Below are positions 52,184 to 62,973 of a DNA stretch of 64,000 nucleotides, in pieces. The position numbers and the translations under genes were made by a program. This DNA is from an uncultured delta proteobacterium. Lineage in GTDB: Bacteria; Desulfobacterota; Desulfobacteria; Desulfobacterales; Desulfatirhabdiaceae. The stretch is taken from assembly GCA_963789395.1 (NCBI GenBank), contig CAWBKP010000011.1:32001-96000 (forward strand), read 5' to 3'. Below the pieces are notes generated by a model. That model was given only the letters and a program-made list of their open reading frames with translations. It did not search any database and was not told where the DNA came from. The first letter of the stretch is position 1. Each line of letters opens with the position of its first letter.

Positions 52184-53413
52184 ATGACCGATACAAAACG
52201 AAAACAATATTTCATGGAACATGCGCAGATGGACTTTGAAACCCAGATTCTCCTCGGTAGCTGTTACTACGGTGCAGCTGACGCCGGGGAAATTCTTGGA
52301 ACGGTTGAACGCATTCCTTCAGGAGATTTCGAAAAATGGTACGAGGCGTGGTTTGCAATTGCCGAGCGCCTGCAGGGAATTGCCGAGCAGAGTGCCTCAT
52401 CAGGCAATCGCGTCAGCGCAAGAAAGGCGTTTCTTCGCGCCGCCACCTATTTTTCAGCATCCGCCGTATTTATTGACGGGACAAAGGACCCTTCAAGGGG
52501 CATCCCTGCCTGGCAGCGGCATCTGAATTGCTGGGAACGTTTCTGTTCTTACATGAATCCGCCGGCTGAGAAGGTGGGCATCCCTTACGAAGATGTCCTG
52601 ATGCCAGGGTATTTTTTTCGTCCCGAGAACGCCGGCAGCCCTTTGGCCACGATCATCTTTAATAACGGCAGTGACGGCCCCACCTCCGGAATGTGGCATT
52701 GCGGCGTAGCCGCAGCGCTTGAGAGGGGATATGCCGCCCTGGTTTTTGACGGACCGGGCCAGAATTCTCTGTTGTGGTTACACAATATTCCTTTCCGCCA
52801 CGACTGGGAAAAAGTTATAACTCCGGTAGTTGACTTCCTGCTCAAGCGAGAAGACGTTGACCCGCACCGGGTCGTCCTCTCGGGGATAAGTCAAGGAGGC
52901 TACTGGGTCCTTCGCGCCCTGGCATTCGAACACCGGATTGCGGCCGGGATTGCAGACCCCGGGGTGATGGATGTATCCGTGACATTTTTCTGCAATCTTC
53001 CGCAGGAAATGCGTGACCTTCTTGACCAGGGGAAAGAAAAAAAATTCAATGACGCCATGGATGAGGGCCTCAGGTACGCCGGCGATGCGGTACGACAGAG
53101 CGTGGAATGGCGACTGAAACCTTACCTCACGGATAGCTATTATCAGCAGTTCAAGCTTGTCCGGCAATACAATGTACGGAATATCATCAATCGGATTCAA
53201 TGCCCCATGTTCATTGCCGATCCCGAGGACGAGCAGTTCTGGCCCGGACAGTCCAAAGAAGTCTATGATGCGCTTGTTTGTCCAAAAACCATCGTACCTT
53301 TCACAGCTGGGGAGGGAGCCAATTGGCATTGCGAACCAAAAGCCCGCGGTCTGTATGATCAGCGCATGTTCGATTGGCTCTCCACGGTTTTACCCGAAAA
53401 ACGCTTGCCGTGA
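52184..53413 (+). CDS. Alpha/beta hydrolase (FrsA/dipeptidyl aminopeptidase-like)
   Basis: NGSDG, FDGPGQ, nucleophile elbow GISQGG and HCEP. Confidence 0.85.
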   Translation: MTDTKRKQYFMEHAQMDFETQILLGSCYYGAADAGEILGTVERIPSGDFEKWYEAWFAIAERLQGIAEQSASSGNRVSARKAFLRAATYFSASAVFIDGTKDPSRGIPAWQRHLNCWERFCSYMNPPAEKVGIPYEDVLMPGYFFRPENAGSPLATIIFNNGSDGPTSGMWHCGVAAALERGYAALVFDGPGQNSLLWLHNIPFRHDWEKVITPVVDFLLKREDVDPHRVVLSGISQGGYWVLRALAFEHRIAAGIADPGVMDVSVTFFCNLPQEMRDLLDQGKEKKFNDAMDEGLRYAGDAVRQSVEWRLKPYLTDSYYQQFKLVRQYNVRNIINRIQCPMFIADPEDEQFWPGQSKEVYDALVCPKTIVPFTAGEGANWHCEPKARGLYDQRMFDWLSTVLPEKRLP

Positions 53414-53449
53414 ATATTCACTTGACAATGATGTCTTTTTTCCGGACAA

Positions 53450-53619
53450 TAAGGCATCAGGTGCAGCACAGACTGCATAATAGGGAATCCCGTGAAAGCC
53501 GGGAGCGGTCCCGCCTCTGTAATCAGGGACGAACGCTGCAAAATGTCACTGCAAGGAATAAGCCTTGCGGGAAGGCGCAGTCAGTAGGATGATCTGAAAG
53601 CCAGAAGACCTGCCTGATC
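53450..53619 (+). ncRNA. Cobalamin riboswitch
   Basis: AGGTG...AATAGGGAAtccCGTGAAAgCCgggAGCGGtCCCGCCtCTGTAA...GTCACTG...GGGAAGG...AGCCAGAAGACCTGCC. Confidence 0.93.
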
Positions 53620-53688
53620 GTGAATGGCCGAAATCTGCGGAAACAGAAGACGGCAGTGGTATTTTCCACGGGCAAAGAAGCCGGGTGC

Positions 53689-53732
53689 AGCCCTTCAGAT
53701 TCTTATGAATTTGAAGGGCTTTTTTATTTTTT
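53689..53732 (+). terminator. Intrinsic terminator (riboswitch expression platform)
   Basis: AGCCCTTCAGATTC-ttat-GAATTTGAAGGGCT followed by TTTTTATTTTTT. Confidence 0.82.
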
Positions 53733-53793
53733 AACGGCGGGCCAAGAATGTGACATCTCTTTTTTTGGCTGCGCCGGCGACAAAGGAATCCCC

Positions 53794-54601
53794 ATGGCAA
53801 CACACCGACCGGCCCCAGTAAAAAAATGCATTCTGCTGGTCGCTTTCGGAACCCTCACCCCCCAGGCACAGGCTGCCTATCAGCTTATCGAACGGAAGGT
53901 GCAGGCCGCTATTCCCGATATTCCGGTTCGTTGGGCGTTTACTTCGGTCGTTATGCGAAAAAAGCTGACCGGGGCGGTCCTGCATGCGGACTCGGTGGAA
54001 ATGTCACTGGCCCGGATGATGGGTGAAGGGGTTACCCATGTGGCGATTCAAGCGCTTCATGTTATTTCGGGGAAAGAGCATCATGATCTGGCGTTCAACT
54101 GCCGTCTTTTTGGCCAAATGCATGGCGGGTTCCGGCAGGTGATGATCGGCTTGCCGCTTCTTGGAACCGGTGATGACATGGAAAAAGCCGCTGCTGCCCT
54201 GCTTTCGGAACTCCCCCCGGAAAGAACGCCGCAGGAGGCTGTTATTTTCATGGGACATGGTTCTGCCCATCCGGCAAATACCGGTTATACGGCACTGATG
54301 TATCATCTTCAGCAGGCGGACCCCAATATTTTTGTAGGCACGATGAGCGCAGGCATTACGGGTATTTGCACCCAGCTCCGGAAACAGAACATCACTTCGG
54401 CATATCTGCTGCCCTGCCTGGCCGTTGTCGGGAACCACACGCTCAAGGATATGGCCGGTGACAATGAAGCTTCCTGGAAATCCGTTCATAGAAAAACACG
54501 GTATTTCCTGCAAACCGGTTTTAAAGGGTCTTGCCGAATACGAGGCAATCGTCGATATCTGGGTGGACCATCTGAAAACAAGCGTTGGCGCGTTATCATG
54601 A
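53794..54601 (+). CDS. cbiK: Sirohydrochlorin cobaltochelatase (frameshift near 54486)
   Basis: ILLVAFGT, WAFTS, HVISGKE, FMGHG and VVGNH..DMAG; the corrected frame ends GLAEYEAIVDIWVDHL...TGA overlapping the next ATG. Confidence 0.85.
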
Positions 54602-55650
54602 ACCGCTTTTTTCAAAGCCTCGGCCAGAGAATCTACTGGCAGCTTCTGGCGCTGTCCCTGATGCTCGCCGCGCTGGTGGTGCTTTCCAGCAGCCTGGGAT
54701 ATATGCGTATTTCATTTTACGATGTGCTGCGGATTGTTCTGGCAAAACTGCTGGGAATGGATTCTTTGCTGGATGGCGTCAATTCGCTGTTTCCGGTCGT
54801 GATCACCGATGTCCGGCTGCCACGGATTCTGACAGCCGCCGCAGTGGGAGCGGGACTGGCCCTTTCCGGCGTCGTATTCCAGGGAATTTTGCTGAACCCT
54901 CTGGCAGATCCCTACACGCTGGGGGTATCTGCAGGCGCAGCCCTCGGGGCGTCTTTCGCCTTGTGGCTGAACATCGGCATCTGGGGAATCTGGTCTGTTC
55001 CGCTCTTTGCGTTTATCGGATCCGGTCTGACGCTGATGGCGGTCATTTATCTGGCCTCTTCCAGCTCAGGCCTGTCTTCCAGCAACCTGATTCTGTCCGG
55101 TATCATTGTTTCGGCCATCCTGTCCGCCGGCGTCAGCTTTATCAAGTACATGGTCGATGAACAGGTCAGCGTGATCATCTTCTGGCTGATGGGCAGTTTC
55201 GGCTCCAAAACCTGGTCTGATGTCTGGCTGACCCTTGGCGCCCTTGGCGCTGGTCTGGCAGTCTGCGGATTTTTTTCCAGAGAGATGAACGTGATGGCCC
55301 TCGGGTCGCGAACCGCCGCATCCCTGGGCGTGGATACCCAAAAAGTCCGGATGATTCTTCTGATCACCGCATCGCTGGTTTCGGCCGTCTGCGTGTCGGT
55401 ATCGGGAATAATCGGTTTCGTGGGGCTGCTGGTGCCCCATATCATGCGCACGCTCAGCGGACCGGACAACCAGCGGCTGATCCTGGTCTCGATATTCGCC
55501 GGCGCCATTCTGCTGCTGGGCGCGGACACCCTGACCCGGGCCGTGCTGCCGCACGAAATCCCCATCGGGGTGCTGACCGCACTCACCGGAGGGCCTTTTT
55601 TCTGTTATATTTACCGGAAACGGCAGACTGGCGGCATCCATGACGATTGA
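54598..55650 (+). CDS. FecCD/BtuC family ABC permease
   Basis: RLPR, NPLADPYTLGVSAGA, GIIGFVGLLVPH and EIPIG motifs. Confidence 0.9.
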   Translation: MNRFFQSLGQRIYWQLLALSLMLAALVVLSSSLGYMRISFYDVLRIVLAKLLGMDSLLDGVNSLFPVVITDVRLPRILTAAAVGAGLALSGVVFQGILLNPLADPYTLGVSAGAALGASFALWLNIGIWGIWSVPLFAFIGSGLTLMAVIYLASSSSGLSSSNLILSGIIVSAILSAGVSFIKYMVDEQVSVIIFWLMGSFGSKTWSDVWLTLGALGAGLAVCGFFSREMNVMALGSRTAASLGVDTQKVRMILLITASLVSAVCVSVSGIIGFVGLLVPHIMRTLSGPDNQRLILVSIFAGAILLLGADTLTRAVLPHEIPIGVLTALTGGPFFCYIYRKRQTGGIHDD

Positions 55651-56428
55651 GACCGAACAGGTCTGCTTCGGCTATGGCAGGCATCCGGCTGTCAGCAACG
55701 TATCCTTTAAACTAGAAGCCGGCGCGTTTTACGGAATACTGGGCCCGAACGGCTGCGGCAAGACAACGCTGGTGGATCTGTTGATCCGGCACCGGACACC
55801 GGATGCAGGCATCATTACCTATCAGGGCAAACCGCTGGCGCAATACAGCAGAAAACAGATTGCCCGCAGATTCGCCCTGGTGCCCCAGCAGTATGCGGTC
55901 AATTTTCCGTTTACATCGCGCCAGGTTGTCATGATGGGCAGATATCCCCACCTTGGCCGGTTTGCGTTTCCGGATCCGGAGGATCACCGCCAGGTGGACG
56001 ACATCATGGACCAGACCGGCACCAGAGAATTTGAAAACCGGTACATTTCGGAGTTGAGCGGCGGAGAGCGCCAGCGGGTGATATTCGCACGGGCGCTGGT
56101 TCAGAACACGCCGGTGCTGATCCTGGACGAAGCCACATCCAATCTGGACATTTCCCATGCGATTTCGCTGTTCAGCCTGGCGTTTCAGCGGGTGACAGAT
56201 GAAGGCAAAACAGTGATTGCGGTCATGCAGGATATCAACCTGGCCGCTTTGTTCTGTCAGTATCTGATCCTGATGAAAAACGGCCGGGTGGTTCATTACG
56301 GCCCCTGCGATCAGGTACTGACCGAAAGCACGATTCAATCGGTTTTTCAGGTAAAAGCCAAGGTCTATGAAGACACCTATGCCAACGCCAGACAAGTCGT
56401 GTTCAACCGGAGTTCCCATGTCTCATGA
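55640..56428 (+). CDS. BtuD/FepC-type ABC ATPase
   Basis: GPNGCGKTT, LSGGERQR and LDEATS motifs. Confidence 0.9.
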   Translation: MTIETEQVCFGYGRHPAVSNVSFKLEAGAFYGILGPNGCGKTTLVDLLIRHRTPDAGIITYQGKPLAQYSRKQIARRFALVPQQYAVNFPFTSRQVVMMGRYPHLGRFAFPDPEDHRQVDDIMDQTGTREFENRYISELSGGERQRVIFARALVQNTPVLILDEATSNLDISHAISLFSLAFQRVTDEGKTVIAVMQDINLAALFCQYLILMKNGRVVHYGPCDQVLTESTIQSVFQVKAKVYEDTYANARQVVFNRSSHVS

Positions 56429-57401
56429 CAATGCGGGCTGGAAGAAACGCCGGTCCCAGGATTATTTCAAGGCAGTAAGGACGCGCTTTTTTCAAAGACG
56501 CATGATCCGAAAGGTTCTATGGGTATTGATTTTTCTGGCAGTCTCGGCTGCCAGCGGGTTCTGCGACAATGTCATTACAGACGATATGAATCGCAAGATC
56601 ACCGTAAAGGCCCCCTTTTCGCGAATCATTTCGCTGTATCCCGGCCACACGGAAAATCTATTTTCACTCGGGCTTGATGCTGAAATCATCGGCGTTTCCC
56701 CCAGCGAGACATATCCGGAAAAAGCCCTGACAAAACCGGTTTTTTCCTATCACGACGATCTGGAGAAATTTCTGGGCGCCCGGCCGGACCTGGTGCTGGT
56801 TCGGCCCATGATCGACCGGGGATATGCCCGGCTTCTTGCAGGGCTTGAAAAAAACGGCATAACGGTAGTCTCGATTCAGCCCGGAAATATCGATGAGATT
56901 TACCGCTACTGGCAGACGCTCGGCGCTTTGACCGGCAAACAAGCCCAAGCCGACCGGCTTGTCGCCGGTTTCAAGGAATCACTGGCTGCCATTGGCGAAA
57001 AGGTCCGGAAAATCAGTCCCCGGAAAAAAGTATATTTTGAGGCCATTCATGATCGCATGAAAACATTTTCGCCCGATTCCATGGCGATTTTCGCCGTCGA
57101 TACCGCAGGTGGAATCAATATCGCCACAGACGCCGAACCGGTTCGCGGAACCAATATCGCGGCATACGGGAAAGAACGGATTCTCTCCCATGCCGCTGAA
57201 ATAGATGTTTTTCTGGCGCAATCCGGACCCATGAACCATGTCACGGTCGAAATGATTCAAAACGAGCCGGGTTTTTCCGTGATCAAGGCTGTTCAGAACC
57301 GTCAGATTTATCTGATCGATGAATTGCTGGTATCAAGACCGACGGTGAGGCTTATCGATGGCATTCGAACCATCTTTAAAGTACTTTACCCGGATATGTA
57401 G
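56418..57401 (+). CDS. BtuF-like periplasmic binding protein
   Basis: RIISLYPGHTENLFSLG, PDLVL, AVQNRQIY and SRP motifs; start may be at 56502. Confidence 0.85.
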   Translation: MSHDNAGWKKRRSQDYFKAVRTRFFQRRMIRKVLWVLIFLAVSAASGFCDNVITDDMNRKITVKAPFSRIISLYPGHTENLFSLGLDAEIIGVSPSETYPEKALTKPVFSYHDDLEKFLGARPDLVLVRPMIDRGYARLLAGLEKNGITVVSIQPGNIDEIYRYWQTLGALTGKQAQADRLVAGFKESLAAIGEKVRKISPRKKVYFEAIHDRMKTFSPDSMAIFAVDTAGGINIATDAEPVRGTNIAAYGKERILSHAAEIDVFLAQSGPMNHVTVEMIQNEPGFSVIKAVQNRQIYLIDELLVSRPTVRLIDGIRTIFKVLYPDM

Positions 57402-57406
57402 TCGAG

Positions 57407-57578
57407 CCTGAACAGAACGGCCGTTCAGGCAAAATTCGAATATCGAATATCGAAATCCGAAATAAATTCAAAATTCCAATGTTCAAATGTGGCAGTTTGA
57501 AAACCGACAGCTCTGAGCATGAAATATAATTAAGCTATTAATCATTGTTTCGAATTTCGATATTCGGATTTCGAATTT
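57407..57578. repeat. Palindromic intergenic element with CGAA-heptamer arms
   Basis: CCTGAAC..GTTCAGG hairpin, then AAATTCGAATATCGAATATCGAAATCCGAAA mirrored by TTTCGAATTTCGATATTCGGATTTCGAATTT. Confidence 0.75.
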
Positions 57579-57595
57579 AATTCTTAAGGAGTATC

Positions 57596-58957
57596 GTGAT
57601 CAAAGGAATCGTTGTAGCAGGAACCCAGAGCGGGTCCGGAAAAACCACCCTCACGCTGGCCATCCTGGCTTCGCTGATGCGCCGGGGATTTCGGGTGGCA
57701 TCGTTCAAGGTGGGGCCGGACTTTATTGATCCCGGCCACCATACCCGGATTACCGGTACGGCCTGCCGCAACCTGGATGGATGGATGCTATCAAAATCCT
57801 GCAATCAGGAAATTTTCAGCCGCCATGTCAACTCTGCGGATGTGGCGGTTGTTGAAGGTGTCATGGGTCTTTTTGACGGGTATGACGGCAAAACCGAGGC
57901 GGGCTCAACCGCACAGATGGCCAAATGGCTGAACCTTCCGGTGCTTCTGGCGGTCAATGCCAAAAGCATGGCCAGAAGCGCGGCGGCACTGGTTCATGGC
58001 TTTGAGACATTTGATCCCGAGCTGCGGTTTGGCGGGGTCATCTTCAACCAGCTGGGCAGCAGCCGGCACCTGAATTATCTGAAGGATGCGCTTTCAGGCC
58101 ATGTTCACATGCCCTGCCTGGGAGGGCTGCTGCGAAATGCGGATATCGCCATACCGGAAAGGCATCTGGGGCTGGTTACCCTCCAGGACCACCGCCTGTC
58201 GCCAACCGCCATCAGCCAACTGGCCGATTTCATCGAATCGGCCGTTGACATGGATGCACTGATGGCCTGCTTTTCAGATATCCATATTGATCCGCAACCA
58301 GCACCCCGACCGCCGGTATCCGCCAGGGTTAAAATCGGGGTGGCCATGGATCAGGCATTCTGTTTTTATTATCCGGACAATCTGGAAGCGCTTGCGGCAG
58401 CAGGCGCTGAAATCGTGCGGTTTTCTCCCATTTCGGATTCCCGCCTGCCGGAAGGGCTGGACGGCATTTATCTTGGCGGCGGTTATCCGGAACTGCATGG
58501 GGAAACGCTGGCTGCAAATTCAAATTTGCGGTCCCAAATTCTGGCGGCCAGCCGGAAGGGAATGCCCATATATGCGGAATGCGGGGGACTCATGTATCTT
58601 TGCAGGGAACTGGCGGATATGGATGGCCGGAACCATGCCATGACCGGATGTTTTCCATTTTCCACCCGGATGCTGCAGCGCCTGAAAACTCTGGGATATC
58701 GGGAAATTACCCTCAAGAACGATACAATTATAGGACAGGCTGGCCAGAAAATTCGCGGACATGAATTTCATTATTCAGAAATCATCCCCCCGTCTCAGTT
58801 TCCGGGCGTGTATGTGGTAACGTCCCGATTCGGGGAATCCATGGTCGAGGAAGGATTCCAAGTGAATAACACCCTTGGCAGTTACATACACCTGCATTTC
58901 GGCAGCCAGCCTCTCGCTGCCGCTGCATTTGTTCAAGCGTGCCAACAGCACCGCTAA
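57596..58957 (+). CDS. cbiA: Cobyrinate a,c-diamide synthase
   Basis: SGSGKTT, KVGPDFIDP, EGVMGLFDG, ERHLGL, AECGG and GHEFHYS motifs. Confidence 0.95.
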   Translation: MIKGIVVAGTQSGSGKTTLTLAILASLMRRGFRVASFKVGPDFIDPGHHTRITGTACRNLDGWMLSKSCNQEIFSRHVNSADVAVVEGVMGLFDGYDGKTEAGSTAQMAKWLNLPVLLAVNAKSMARSAAALVHGFETFDPELRFGGVIFNQLGSSRHLNYLKDALSGHVHMPCLGGLLRNADIAIPERHLGLVTLQDHRLSPTAISQLADFIESAVDMDALMACFSDIHIDPQPAPRPPVSARVKIGVAMDQAFCFYYPDNLEALAAAGAEIVRFSPISDSRLPEGLDGIYLGGGYPELHGETLAANSNLRSQILAASRKGMPIYAECGGLMYLCRELADMDGRNHAMTGCFPFSTRMLQRLKTLGYREITLKNDTIIGQAGQKIRGHEFHYSEIIPPSQFPGVYVVTSRFGESMVEEGFQVNNTLGSYIHLHFGSQPLAAAAFVQACQQHR

Positions 58958-58985
58958 CCATCAGCCAGCACCCAATAGGAACACT

Positions 58986-59606
58986 ATGACGCCAAACGAA
59001 ATCGAAACCCAAAGCTTTACCATCATCGATACCGAGGCCGGTCCCCATTCTTTTTCCTCGGACGAATGGCAGATTGTGCGAAGAATGATTCATACGTCGG
59101 CCGATTTTGACTACATGAAAACCGTCCGGTTTCACCCGGATGCCATTGATAAGGGAATTGAGGCCATCGGCAGGGGAAAAGCCATCATCACCGATACCAA
59201 TATGGCCAAGAGCGGCATCAATGCCGCCGGCCTTGCGCGTTTTGGATGCCGGGTCACCTGCCTGATTCAGGATCCAGAGGTATGCCGGAGTGCACAGGAT
59301 ACCTCAACTACACGGGCTGCAGCGGCAGTGGACGCCGCAGCGGCGGAAATGGAAGGCGGCATCTATGTTGTCGGCAACGCCCCGACCGCACTGCTACGCC
59401 TGCTCGAACTGATTCACGCCGGCCAGGCACGCCCTGCCCTTGTCATCGGGCTTCCGGTCGGCTTCGTGAATGCCGCGGAATCCAAGGCGGATCTGATGGC
59501 CATGGACTTTCCCAGCATTTCCAATACCGGCAGAAAAGGCGGCTCAACGGTTGCCGCTTGCGTGGTGAATGCTCTGGTTAAACTGGCAACAGCAAAATTG
59601 TCCTGA
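58986..59606 (+). CDS. cbiC: Cobalt-precorrin-8 methylmutase
   Basis: IETQSF, RMIHTSAD, GNAPTAL, PVGFV and GRKGGS motifs. Confidence 0.95.
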   Translation: MTPNEIETQSFTIIDTEAGPHSFSSDEWQIVRRMIHTSADFDYMKTVRFHPDAIDKGIEAIGRGKAIITDTNMAKSGINAAGLARFGCRVTCLIQDPEVCRSAQDTSTTRAAAAVDAAAAEMEGGIYVVGNAPTALLRLLELIHAGQARPALVIGLPVGFVNAAESKADLMAMDFPSISNTGRKGGSTVAACVVNALVKLATAKLS

Positions 59607-59659
59607 AACTTGATATAACAAACTTTTCTACAAATTGTCATATTCATCGAGGTGATCGC

Positions 59660-60385
59660 ATGAACCAACAAACAGGAACATTATATGGAATCGGCGTGGG
59701 ACCCGGAGATCCGGAACTGCTGACGGTAAAATCAGCAAGGATTCTCTCCGAAGTTGATGTCGTCTTTGCCGCGGCATCCACGAAAAACGATTACAGTCTG
59801 GCGGTCAATATCGCCGGCCCGCATATCCCCACAGGAACCGCCGTGCGGATACTGCAGTTTCCCATGACCAAGGACAAGGAAGAAACCTGCAAGGCATGGA
59901 AAGCCCATGCCGAAACTATCATTTCGGAATTGGAACAGGGGAAAAATGTGGCGTTTCTGACCCTCGGGGATCCCATGACATACTCTACCTATGGGTATAT
60001 CCTTAAGAATATTCAGAAAATGGCTCCTCAGATTCCCATCACGACCATTCCCGGCATCACGTCCTATCAGGCGGCGGCAGCCTGCATCAATACACCGCTG
60101 GTGGAAGGCGAAGAATGCCTTCTGGTGGTTTCAGGGGTCAACGGGGGGGATCGTCTGCGCCAAATAACGATGACGCCGGAAAATGTCGTTTTCATGAAGG
60201 CGTACCGCAACATTAAAGACATCAATGCAGCCCTGGAAAGCGCTTCCGGATTTACCCAATGCGTCGGGGTCTCCAACTGCAGCCTTCCGGACCAAAAAAT
60301 ATACCCGGACACCCGCGAATTCAATGGACGCAGCCCGGAGTACTGGACCCTGATCATCGCAAAGCAATCCAAAAACAATGCTTAA
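59660..60385 (+). CDS. cbiL: Cobalt-precorrin-2 C20-methyltransferase
   Basis: LYGIGVGPGDPELLTVK, FPMT, TLGDPMTYST and PGITS motifs. Confidence 0.92.
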   Translation: MNQQTGTLYGIGVGPGDPELLTVKSARILSEVDVVFAAASTKNDYSLAVNIAGPHIPTGTAVRILQFPMTKDKEETCKAWKAHAETIISELEQGKNVAFLTLGDPMTYSTYGYILKNIQKMAPQIPITTIPGITSYQAAAACINTPLVEGEECLLVVSGVNGGDRLRQITMTPENVVFMKAYRNIKDINAALESASGFTQCVGVSNCSLPDQKIYPDTREFNGRSPEYWTLIIAKQSKNNA

Positions 60386-61489
60386 ATCCGGCTTTACAAC
60401 CGGAACCGCTGCTGCGGCCGCGGCCAAGGCCGCACTGACCCGGATTGTTTCCGGCGCTGATCCGGATTCCGTGGATATTCTGCTGTTGACCGGAGACAGG
60501 ATCCGGATTCCGGTTCATAGCTGCAAGCTGATTTCCGGCAGCAGGGCTGTCGCATCCGTCATCAAGGATGCCGGCGATGATCCGGATGTCACGCACCGGG
60601 CGGAAATCGGCGCGATCGTGACTCTTTGCCATAGAACCGTAGATTTCAGAAGACCGGAATGCCTGAAATAGACGCAGACGCCTTGAATATCCGGATCACA
60701 GGCGGTGAAGGTGTCGGACAGGTCACGCTTCCGGGTCTCGAAATTCCGCCAGGGCAGGCCGCCATCAATCTTGGCCCCCGAAAAATGATCGTCCAGGCCA
60801 TTGAAGAGGTATTGGGTGAACAGCCTGTCAATGCCGATGGTAACATGTTGAGGTCTTTGTGCCCAAAGGAAGGCTTCTGGCTGAAAAAACCCTGAACGCC
60901 AGACTTGGCATTCTCGGCGGCATCTCCATACTGGGAACCACCGGCATTGTCCGGCCCATGTCCCATGAAGCCTATGAGGCAACCATCGTCTCGTCACTGT
61001 CCGTGGCACGGGCAGGCGGCTGTGGCCGGGTGGTGCTGACTACCGGCAGAAGAAGCGAGCGCTTTGCCCAATCGGCGATGCCGGATCTGCCGGAAATCGC
61101 CTTTATCCAGATAGGCGATTTTTTTAAAATTTCTCTGGAAGCGGCCGCCCAAAAAGGAATTGCCGGGATTACGCTTGCCGTATTATTCGGAAAAGCGGTG
61201 AAAATGGCCCAGGGGTTTGCCCATACCCATGCAGCCAAATCCGATCTGTCTCTGGCCGTCCTGTCCGAATGGGCCATGGAGGTTACGAGCGATCAGGGAA
61301 TTCAGCAGGCGCCTGGGAATGGCCAACACCGCCCGCGAAGCCTTGTCCATGATCATGGAAATCCATCCGGCCCTGATTTCGGATGTCGGCAGGCGCATGA
61401 TTCTCTCCGCCCGCAGGTTCAGCGGATCGCATGTCGCTCTTCAGGGGATGATTTTTGACTACACCGGCAAGGTGTTATACAGTGCCTGA
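60378..61489 (+). CDS. cbiD: Cobalt-precorrin-5B C1-methyltransferase (frameshifts)
   Basis: [46 protein letters not shown] and [12 protein letters not shown] motifs. Confidence 0.92.
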
Positions 61490-61553
61490 ATGGCAAGCTC
61501 GATCAGGCACCATCCGAAATTCAATAATGGAACGCATACGCCCAATATCAAGA

Positions 61554-62821
61554 ATGACCACTCATATCAGATCGAAAACACACAGCCCGGATCACCCTAA
61601 AGTCATCGTCATCGGGATGGGACTGTCCCCGGATGACCTGACGGCAAGACACCTGGATATCATCCGCGGAGCGGACATCCTGATAGCCGGCAAACGCCAC
61701 CTGGCCGGCTTCAAGGAGCATTCCGGGATTCAGAAGGAAATCACCCGTGATATTCAGGAACTGACGGAATTATATCCGGCCAGCATTTCAAGGCGCATCA
61801 GATTGTGGTGCTGGCGTCAGGGGATCCGCTTCTGTTCGGTATCGGATCGGCGATTATCGATGCGCTGGGGCCGGATCAGGTGGAGATTCATCCCAACATT
61901 TCCTCGATCGCGGCAGCTTTTGCGCGAATCAAGGAACCCTGGCAGGATGCCCGGATCATCAGCATGCACGGCAAAAAAGCTGAACATGCACTTCTGAGTG
62001 CTGTTGCGGAAACCGCACTTGTGGCGGTGTTGACCGACCCGAACCGAAATCCGGCATGGATCGCCGGACTTTTGCTCCGCGATCATCATCTGAATTCAGT
62101 TCGCATCTGCGTCCTGGAACAACTGGGCACAGCCGTCTGAAAAAATATCCTGGCATTCCCTGGAAGAGGCTGCAAAAAAAACCTTTTCCGAGCCCAATAT
62201 CGTTGTTCTCAAACAGACTTCCAAACCGCATTCTTGCCCGGCCTTCATCTGGGAATGCCGGACGATGCTTATGCTCATGAAAATGGTCTGATCACAAAGT
62301 CGGAAATACGGTCCATCAGCCTTGGCAAACTCAAACTTCTGGCCCATCATGTCCTGTGGGATCTGGGCGCGGGAAGCGGATCCATCGGCATCGAAGCCTC
62401 TCGGCTGGTCCCCCGCGGCAGAATCGTGGCCATTGAACAGCATCCGGAGCGCATCCGGAACATCGAATGCAACCGATTGCGCCATGGCGTTGCTAACATG
62501 GAAATCCATCAGGCGACGCTTCCGGACGGGCTCCAGGATCTGCCGACTCCGGACCGCATTTTCATCGGCGGCGGCGGCAGGAAGCTGGAAACCATCATCC
62601 GTTCGGCTGCCGGGTATTTGCATCCCGATGGCATTCTGGTTGTAAATACCGTACTGATTGACAACCTGACCGTGGCGCTGCGCACATTGAAAGATCTGGG
62701 CTTTTCGACCGAAACTGTCCAGATCCAGGTCAGCCGCAGCAAGGACATGCCCTGGAGTCAGCGGTTCGAAGCCCAGAATCCGGTGTGGATCATTACCGGA
62801 ACCCGGCAAATTGCCGGATGA
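61554..62821 (+). CDS. cbiET: Bifunctional CbiE/CbiT precorrin-6Y methyltransferase (decarboxylating) (frameshifts)
   Basis: VIGMG, LASGDPLLFGIG, SMHG, ITKSEIR, WDLGAGSGS and FIGGG motifs. Confidence 0.92.
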
Positions 62822-62864
62822 TCACAGAAGCGTGGTTTCAGACTCATTGCATGAACCATTTTTA

Positions 62865-62940
62865 ATTTAGAATTTTGAATTTGTTTCGAATTTCGTATTT
62901 CGATATTCGAATTTTGTCTGAACGGACCTTTGTTCAGGAC
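62865..62940 (-). repeat. Second, inverted copy of the left half of the 57407 element
   Basis: Reverse complement gtCCTGAACAaaGGtCCGTTCAGaCAAAATTCGAATATCGAAataCGAAATtCGAAAcAAATTCAAAATTC closely matches 57407-57476. Confidence 0.8.
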
Positions 62941-62973
62941 ATTATAACCTTAACCCTGTTTTGGAGGATTTCC

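Noticed and set aside
53620..55650. 676-aa CbiK-permease fusion in the ORF track
   Set aside because: One extra base near 54486 bypasses the CbiK stop. The corrected frame ends at a TGA overlapping the permease ATG (54598-54601), and the ORF's 5' part runs through the riboswitch terminator.
57432..57578. CRISPR array
   Set aside because: It consists of short heptamer and inverted repeats without unique spacers, and no cas genes are present.
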